Assembly (NCBI GenBank): GCA_951406725.2 | Contig: OX597827.1 | Span: forward strand, 45,384,001 to 45,448,000 | DNA length: 64,000 nt | Reading direction: 5' to 3' | Source: Octopus vulgaris | Taxonomy: Eukaryota | In this document: piece after piece, positions 55,839 to 64,000 of the stretch | Position numbering within the stretch: the first letter of the stretch is position 1 | Layout: each line of letters starts with the position of its first letter | The notes under the pieces: generated by a model | Database searches by the model: none | Seen by the model: the letters and a program-made list of their open reading frames with translations, nothing else | What the model was told of the DNA's origin: nothing | Program-made: the position numbers and the translations under genes

Positions 55839-56434
55839 GATGACTAGAAACCATTTGAATCCTGGAAAAGATTTACCTGCATCACGATGATTCGTGCTGG
55901 GTATGAAAATGCCATCCATCACTTGTGCTCAATGCTCATTGAACATCGTAAAGGCTCTAAAACGTAGCTTGGACCAACAAGAAGGGACTTGAAATTCCTT
56001 CTGACTGTGCCCGCGCTCTTGTGTATATACGTGTGTGTCTTTGTGCTTGTGTTCGTCCCGTGCTACCACTTGACGACTGGTGTTGGTTTGTTTGCGTCTC
56101 TGTAACTAAACAGTTCGGCATAAGTGGTCGATTAGAATAAATAGCCCGCTTTAAAAAAGAAAAGTACCGCGATCGATTTCTTCGGCTAAACCCTTCAAAG
56201 CGGAACCCCAGCGTGGCCGCAGTCCAGTGATTGATGCAAATAAAACAAAAAGGATAAAAAAATAAACAAATAGCTGCAGGCATGGCTGCGTGGTAAGAAT
56301 GTTGCTTCCCAACCACATGGTTCCGGGTTCAATCCCACTACATAGAACTTTAGGCAAGAGTCTTGTACTATAGCCTCATGCCAACCAAACCCTTGTGAGA
56401 AGATTTGGCAAACGAAAACTAAAAGAAGCCTGTC

Positions 56435-56494
<60 letters not shown>

Positions 56495-56499
<5 letters not shown>

Positions 56500-57366
56500 A
56501 AATAAGAAAATGGAGAAATACATCTAAATCATTTATCAACTACCAGATAATATCCAATCATATACTTTATTAAACCACTACATAAGAGCATTAGGGTTAA
56601 ACATAAAAATATATAACAAAACAGCGTACATGAATGAGTAATACAATACAATAAGTACAATCATTATAAGAGGGTATAAATAAATAAATATAAATAGATA
56701 TAAATATAAATATACACTATATCTTACAGCTGTTTCGGCCATGCAGATAAATATGTCTCATTCTACCTATATTAGCCATGTATAGTATGTCAATATGAAG
56801 TTAAAAATGAGACATTTACAAAGATATCTTAAGGCATCTTCGGAGATTCTAAAGTATAAACCAAATTACATATATACTCATATAAGTGTGGGTACATACC
56901 CATAATAAATCATTTACATATATATATGCACTCATATATATATGTAAATGATTTATTATGGGTATGTACCCACACTTATATGAGTATATATGTAATTTGG
57001 TTTATACTTTAGAATCTCCGAAGATGCCTTAAGATATCTTTGTAAATGTCTCATTTTTAACTTCATATTGACATACTATACATGGCTAATATAGGTAGAA
57101 TGAGACATATTTATCTGCATGGCCGAAACAGCTGTAAAATATAGTGTATATTTATATTTATATCTATTTATATTTATTTATTTATACCCTCTTATAATGA
57201 TTGTACTTATTGTATTGTATTACTCATTCATGTACGCTGTTTTGTTATATATTTTTATGTTTAACCCTAATGTTCTTATGTAATGGTTTAATAAAGTATA
57301 TGATTGGGTATTATCTGGTAGTTGATAAATGATTTAGATGTATTTCTCCATTTTCTTATTTTGTAT
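56495..57366. repeat. 872-bp near-perfect palindrome (434-bp arms, 4-nt CACT loop)
   Basis: Positions pair as i+j=113861 with no indels; about 4 transition mismatches seen. Confidence 0.95.
57014..57140 (+). ncRNA. Hammerhead-like motif with long stem II insert (mirror copy on minus strand 56721-56847)
   Basis: atct-CCGAAGA-t-gcc...ggc-c-GAAA-cagctg-TA-a(a/g)at; the left-arm copy has intact helix I atct/agat. Confidence 0.6.
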
Positions 57367-57537
57367 TATTAATTTATGGTAAAAATAATTTTACCTTTGC
57401 CCATGTAATACAGTAAATGAATTAATTGCATCGCAATTCTTAACATTTATGTATTAACTTTGTTGGGTACTTCACTAGCAGTATATTGGATATATGTTAT
57501 CCCATGGAGGGTTGAATTTGCAACGCCTATCTCAATT

Positions 57538-57666
<129 letters not shown>

Positions 57667-57678
57667 ATGTGTATATAC

Positions 57679-58090
57679 GTCACTTTAGTGACGACTGCAT
57701 TTGTTGCCTTTCGTTTGTAAATTGCGAATAGCAACCTTAATGATTTATAATTCTCGTTTCACTATTTTCGGAACCAATCAATGTTTCTTATGGTATTCTC
57801 TATAAGACTGACAAGGTGATGAGTTCTTTAACCCCCGGCGACGGAGTAATGGTTCACTGACGAAAATTAATCGAATCTGAAATCAGCGCTGATATGATTG
57901 CATATCGTTTGCCGTAGGGAGCTTATCTCCCTTGTCAATCGTTAGAAAAGTGCTCTCATGTGGCTAAAAACTGTTTTGACACTTGTTTCTAGCAATGCTA
58001 GCGGTTGACTAGTACCCTCAGTCACTTTAGCGACGACTGTACTTGTTGCCTTTCGGTTGTAAATTGCGAATAGCCACCTTAATAATTAAT
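57679..58090 (+). mobile_element. Retrozyme-like unit: 342-bp monomer plus 70-bp terminal redundancy, central hammerhead
   Basis: 57679-57748 is repeated at 58021-58090; fold-back 57800-57955. Confidence 0.7.
57854..57897 (+). ncRNA. Type I hammerhead ribozyme motif
   Basis: tca-CTGACGA-aaatt aatcg aatct-GAA-atcagcgctgat (perfect palindrome)-A-tga; AUA site after 57894. Confidence 0.75.
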
Positions 58091-58097
58091 GTGTGTC

Positions 58098-58382
58098 TCC
58101 CCCCTCCTCACCTATCCTTTCCCCCGACCCCTACTTCTTCAGTCCTTCATCCTTTCACCCCTACTCCCCTTCCCTTCTTCCCTCTTTCTCCCTCCCTCCT
58201 TCCCTCTTCCCTCTGCTCCCTCACTCCCCTTCTCTCTCCCCCTCTCCCTCTTTCCTCCTTCCTCCTCCCCTCCTCCTCCCCTCCTCCTCCCCTCCTCCTC
58301 CCCCTCCTCTCTCTCCCCTCTCTCTCCTCCCCCCTTCCCCCTTCCTCCCCCTCTTCTCCCCTCCCCCTCTTCTCCTCTCTCC
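58098..58382. repeat. C/T-rich polypyrimidine (CCT/CT) tract
   Basis: Almost purine-free on the plus strand. Confidence 0.9.
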
Positions 58383-58427
58383 ACACTACACCACACGACT
58401 TTACACATCACATCATATATGATGTGC

Positions 58428-59078
58428 CATACTAATACATACACCAACTAATACATACTAATACGTACTAATACATACTAATACATACACCAACCCTATA
58501 CATACACACGTCCAGACCTCTCATACGCACTTATACTCTCTCATACACACACACACACTTATACATACTAATACGTACTAATACATACTAATACATACTA
58601 ATACATACACCAACCCCATACAAACGCACGTCCAGACCTCTCATACGCCCTAATACTCTCTCATACACACACACACACACACACACACACATGCCCTTAT
58701 ACATACTAATACATACTAATACATACACCAACCCTATACATACACACGTCCAGACCTCTCATACGCACTAATAGCTGGTCATTCAACTCTATTATCAACC
58801 CTATTATCTCCCCTTATTTCGCTCTCGCGTCTCATGTTTGATCTTTGACCTCTGGCCGAAATCAGATCGCCATGTTGATTCGTTAGTTACTGCACGCATT
58901 TTTTTTCTCTCCTTCTTTCTGTGTTTTTTTTTCTCTCTGTGTATCTTTCTGTTGAAGAGCGTAGGCTCGAAACGTTAAAGACTTGTTTTATTTATATTTC
59001 CTGAGCGCCATACTAATACAATTGTTTGTTTGTTTCCCACCTGCCTTCGTCTTTTGTCTATTTTCATAAAGCTTCCCG

Positions 59079-59080
<2 letters not shown>
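58428..59080 (+). mobile_element. Hammerhead-bearing element, copy 2 (motif at 58944-58981)
   Basis: Near-identical to 2716-3270, with the same 3' junction to (TA)n. Confidence 0.8.
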
Positions 59081-59154
<74 letters not shown>

Positions 59155-59175
59155 TTTAATCCTCTACTCTGTTAT

Positions 59176-59432
59176 CCTTTACTCTTTTACTTGTTTCAGT
59201 CATTTGACTGTGGCCATGCTGGAGCACCGCCTTTAGTCTAGCAAATCGACCGCAAGACTTATTCTTTGTAAGCTCAGTACTTATTCTATCCGTCACTTTT
59301 GCCGAACCGCTAAGTAACGGGTATGTAAACACACCAGCATCGGTTGTCAAGCGATGTTGGGGGACAAACACAGACACACAAGCGCACATACACACACACA
59401 CACACTCACACATACACACACACACACACACA

Positions 59433-59496
<64 letters not shown>

Positions 59497-59635
59497 TACA
59501 TATATACGACGGGCTTCTTTCAGTTTCCGTCTACCAAATCCACTTACAAGGCTTTGGTAGGCGATGCAGTGGGACTGAACCCGAAACCATGAGGTTCGTA
59601 AGCAAGCTACTTACCACACAGCCACTCCTACGCCT
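59176..59635 (-). mobile_element. Full-length SINE family A
   Basis: Reverse complement of the family A sequence. Confidence 0.9.
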
Positions 59636-60330
59636 ATGTATGTATGTATGTATGTATGTATGTATGTATGTATGTATGTATGTATGTATGTATGTATGTA
59701 TGTATGTGTGTGTGGATGTGTTCGCCTAACACCACAGCTTGACGACCGGTGCTCTAGCATGGCCACAGCTAGAATAAGACAGATAAAAGAAAATATATAA
59801 ATAGATGTGATAGAGTTTAGCAATATCTATTCTGTGGATCAGTAACAACTTATTAAGCGTATATCGTTAATCCAATGCATAAGTTATCCGATAATAACCG
59901 GCAATAAGAAACATGAGTTCTCCAGATTAATTCGCATGGAAAGACAGCAATGAAGGAAGCGAAAGCATGTGTGAAACATCAATATTGTGTCTACAGAGTA
60001 ATCCTATAAAGGGAGGAAACTCTTGTACGCCTAATTTGTAATATTGGTTGTATCAGACCTGCTATGCATTTGTGAGCAACTATTTTAGTGTAGGTTATAC
60101 AATTATTAAAATTTTGATTGTAATTCTCCTCTTTTATCAGAACTGAAAACGATTCAGTCACATATATATTGGTAAGAGTAATTATAGAAAGAATCTTTAT
60201 CATTATGAAATTTATAACTGTCAGAGTAGTAGTAGTAGTAGCTGTAGAAGTAATAATGGTAGTAATACTAAGAATAATAATCGCAAAATAAATAAATATA
60301 TAAATAATGATAATAATAATAATAATAATG

Positions 60331-60392
<62 letters not shown>

Positions 60393-60539
60393 CCTTTCTC
60401 CTATATTTGCCTGAAATTTGGTGGGGAGAGGACTAGCCGATTATATCGACCCCAGTGTTTCACTGGTACTTAATTTCTCGACCCCGAAAGGATGAAAGAC
60501 AAAGTCAACCTCGGCGGAATATGAACTCAGAACCGCAAG

Positions 60540-61348
60540 TGCCCAGATATTCATTGCGGTAATCAAAATTTTTGCAATTCAGGTTGGATTTCAGCACTAT
60601 CTTCACCCATTTTTGATGCACCTCGCTGCCCTTGATTTTCATTTCTCTGTGTAAAATGCCAACTCCAAAATCCCGTTTACCCATTACAATTGGGTTCACC
60701 CATGGTCTCCCTTGATAGTAACCGCATTCCTCTACAGGCTGCTTTTTTTCCCTCTTTTCATATTATTATTATTATTGTTGTTATTGTTGTTGTTGAGTAA
60801 GAGAGCAGTGGACGCCAGCAAAGTCACACTGGGGTAAAATAAACGAAGCTCAGTATACCCATCATGACTACCCGTCTGATAAGAGTATACCAGGCACATG
60901 CATCACAACCATATGTGCGCGACACAGTGATCTCATATCAAGATAAACAGCATATGACCTTGCAGGTGGGCCCAGTTAGAATTTTCTTCAGGTCGAGTAG
61001 CCCATCCAGCTCAAAAGGTCCCTGAATAAGGATTAAGGATGTTGAACGAAACACCCATGTTTCCAAAGGTGAATTATCCAAACCTCCAAGAATTACTTTC
61101 AACACATAGCTATGATGCTCCCCCACTACTTCTGTTTGTGATCAGAGATGCACATATCGTCAACCACCAAGGGACATGCTCAACTAGTTAAGATCTAACA
61201 ACTGACAAGCAAACCTGTGGTATTGAGCAGAATATTTTGCTGTAGCCCATCTTTTATACCAAGACAAAACAATGTACATGATAACACTTCCAATCAGTTA
61301 AGATCGGAAGCCAGGAGATCCACTGCCTGGTACTGCATCAGAGCATTT
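60540..61348 (-). mobile_element. R4/Dong-like remnant: putative 5' region (61348-60793) plus RT-thumb fragment (60680-60540)
   Basis: 61170-61340 is the reverse complement of 27985-28175; GILHREMK...VKIVLKSNLNCKN resembles R4 'EMK...RVRKILKSKLN'; triplet-repeat flanks. Confidence 0.65.
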
Positions 61349-61380
<32 letters not shown>

Positions 61381-61434
61381 TATTATTATTTATCTTCTTC
61401 TTCTTCTTTTTATTATTATTATTATTATTATTAA

Positions 61435-61522
<88 letters not shown>

Positions 61523-62044
61523 ATCATCATCATCATCATGGAATTTTATTGCAGATGCAAAACAAATATTAATTTTAATTATGATAGTGATCATAAGATT
61601 TTGACAGTAGAGGTAACAGTAAAAATACAAAAGAAAATGTATATTGAAACAATATAGTTGTTGATAATAAATAAATAATCACTATGATTTAAATCATAAT
61701 AATTAATCTTTGTAAAAAGATGTGGAATGGCGACGATGACGACGACGACTATGTTGATGATGATGATGACGACGACGACGGCAGCGATGGTGATAATGAG
61801 GATGATGATGATGACAACGGCAGAAATGATGGATGATCATTGTAAATCATATAAAAGAAACGTATTTAAAGATGAAAAGATTGTATTATTAATTACAGTA
61901 ACTAAGAGATTCTTTATTATTTTAGTTTATTTTATTTCATTTTATCTAGTTTCAGCTCACGAGCTGTGGCCATGCTGGGGCACCGCCATTCGAAAAAATC
62001 TTGATAAAAGATGAAAGTAGTAACCATACTAAGACGCAATATTC

Positions 62045-62440
62045 ATCGCCACATCAATATGGCTTGTTCGACGTTTCTACCGTTTTTGACCCCCAGGCAG
62101 ATCCTCCGCCAACTGGTTACCAGTGCAACCTGCAACCTGCATATATTGCAAGCAGGGGAGCGAACCCCTGCCATCTTCCAGCAGACGGCGGGATTATGTG
62201 ATCGAACTGTTTCCGGCTCGTCGTGCTAGCAGTCAGGTATTCACGACTGAAGATGGACACAACTAACTCGAAACCGCTCGGTCACATGATTCCACCGTCT
62301 GCAGCTTGATAGTAGGGATTCGCTGCAATGAATGTAATATATACAGGGTGAAAGTTGTACCGGTAACCAGATGGCGGGGGATCTGCCTGGGGTTAAAAAC
62401 GGTAGTAAGTAACGCCAAACAGCCTCATTGATGCGGCGAT
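62045..62440 (+). mobile_element. ~400-bp rod-like fold-back with a hammerhead core at the apex
   Basis: Arms atcgccacatcaat...atgtgatcga / tcggtcacat...attgatgcggcgat; apex ga-CTGAAGA-tgg...ctc-GAAAcc gctc ggTC. Confidence 0.8.
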
Positions 62441-62581
62441 AATCATTACTTGCTAATGAAATTTTAAGTGGATAACAAAAGCCAGATAGTATAAAATATG
62501 TTTTACATATTGACCTACAGGTGTACAGCCATTGCCTTGATAGTGTAAGGAGCATAGCTCTCCTATTCAGTTGTGTGTGAG

Positions 62582-62615
<34 letters not shown>

Positions 62616-62671
62616 TATGTGTGTGTGTGTGTGTGTGTGTGTGAGTGTGTGTGTGTGTGTGATATGTTTAG

Positions 62672-62896
62672 GGTGGTGATCTGGGAGAATCGTTAGCATG
62701 CCGGGCGAAATATTTAGCGATATTTCGTCTTCGTCTGCCATTACGTTCTAAGTTCAAATTCCGCCCAGGTCGACTTTGCCTTTCATCCTTTCGGGGTCGA
62801 TTAAATAAGTACCAGCTACGCACTGGGGTCGATATAATCGACTTAGTCCGTTTGTCCTCTCAGTGTTTAGCCCCTTGTAGGTAGTAAAGAAATAGA
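62672..62896 (+). mobile_element. SINE family B (long-tail monomer)
   Basis: Family B body ending gtagtaaagaaatag. Confidence 0.85.
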
Positions 62897-63299
62897 TAAG
62901 TTTGTATGAGTGACTGTACACGCGCCATGCAGCTTGCGCGCGGGCATTTATACATCCATATCCGTTAACGGTTATTTTTAATACTTTTCTCGCTGCATTG
63001 CGTGTTCGTTTCTTCTTTTTTTTTTGCATCTGTGATGTTATTTTTGATCCTCTACATAAATTAAGCTATATCCTTTGTTTAGCTGCTTTTCTTTCAATGA
63101 AATGAGAAGATACATTGTGGAACTGTTATTTTAACGAGTTACATCCATTTATCATCCGATGAGACATATCTGCACCGCCGGATGCTCCTGGATCAGTTGT
63201 TAAGTGTCCCACTCATGAGGGATCGGTGGTAGGTGTGTTGAAACAACTGTCGTGATTAATAAAGATGCTCGTATATTCCGTCTTATCGGATGATAAATG

Positions 63300-63640
63300 G
63301 ATGTAACAGATCAATTGTATCTTGTCCTCCCTCTTGTATAGAAGTGTGGCTACAATCCAGCCTACCTCTACTTCTGGGGGAGCCTTTTTAATTTTTATCC
63401 AGGACGTCCTACGTCCCAGATATAAAGGTAAAAATAAAATATTTCCACTTTGCAAGATTCGAGTCGAGTACTCCCTTGCACGCCCCGTTGACTCGAACCT
63501 TGCTTCTATTGTGGCGAATTTACCACCTATGGTTACATACTTGATATCTTTCATAGTCGCACCAAGACACTTTTCGATGGTGCTTTCCTCCAGGTGTTCA
63601 AATCTTTTTTTTCTCTACATTGTATACAAGAGTCTTTTCT
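63300..63640 (-). pseudogene. Possible LINE (L1/Tx1-like) ORF1 remnant
   Basis: Non-repetitive, protein-like ORF (IEARFEST...FLPLYLGRRTSWIKIKKAPPEV); the family assignment is a guess. Confidence 0.3.
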
Positions 63641-63925
63641 TTAATTTAATAATAATGATAATAATAAAAATAAAAATTATTGGGGAGTATAACTCCAAAC
63701 TTACTGAGAAAAATTCAATTTAGTATTAAATCAAATTTCACAATACAAATATATAATATATATAAATTATATATATATATGTGTGTGTATATATGCTGAG
63801 GTACCGCCATGAAGGGCTTAGTCCAGAGGTCAGCAAACTTTTTTACAGCGGGCTAGATATATATGTATATATGTATATATATACATATATATATATATAT
63901 ATGTTACTATATGTATATATGTATA

Positions 63926-64000
<75 letters not shown>

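Noticed and set aside
58043-58451. Pro/Ser/Leu- and Gly/Glu/Arg-rich ORFs
   Set aside because: Low-complexity CCT/CT tract.

Overview
AT-rich, microsatellite-saturated eukaryotic genomic DNA, most likely octopus (inferred from the tRNA-SINE families and repeat landscape). Almost all six-frame ORFs are microsatellite artefacts. One host gene is evident: the first coding exon (N-terminus to start of TM3) of a cholecystokinin/gastrin/sulfakinin-type GPCR on the minus strand (33030->32505), followed by an intron that seems to run off the left edge (>32 kb). The rest is repeats: three tRNA-derived SINE families, RTE and R4/Dong LINE remnants, Penelope-like GIY-YIG remnants, mariner (DD34D and DD41D-type) relics and a non-autonomous Helitron. 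The main unexplained signal is roughly 20 type I hammerhead-ribozyme-like motifs (CUGANGA...GAAA...UH, often with palindromic helix III) on both strands. Several sit at the apex of 140-400 nt rod-like fold-backs, in both arms of inverted repeats (including an 872-bp near-perfect palindrome), or in a 342-bp unit with terminal redundancy. This suggests non-autonomous Penelope/retrozyme-like elements, possibly with rod-like or circular RNA intermediates. All structures were read by eye; none has been folded or searched computationally.
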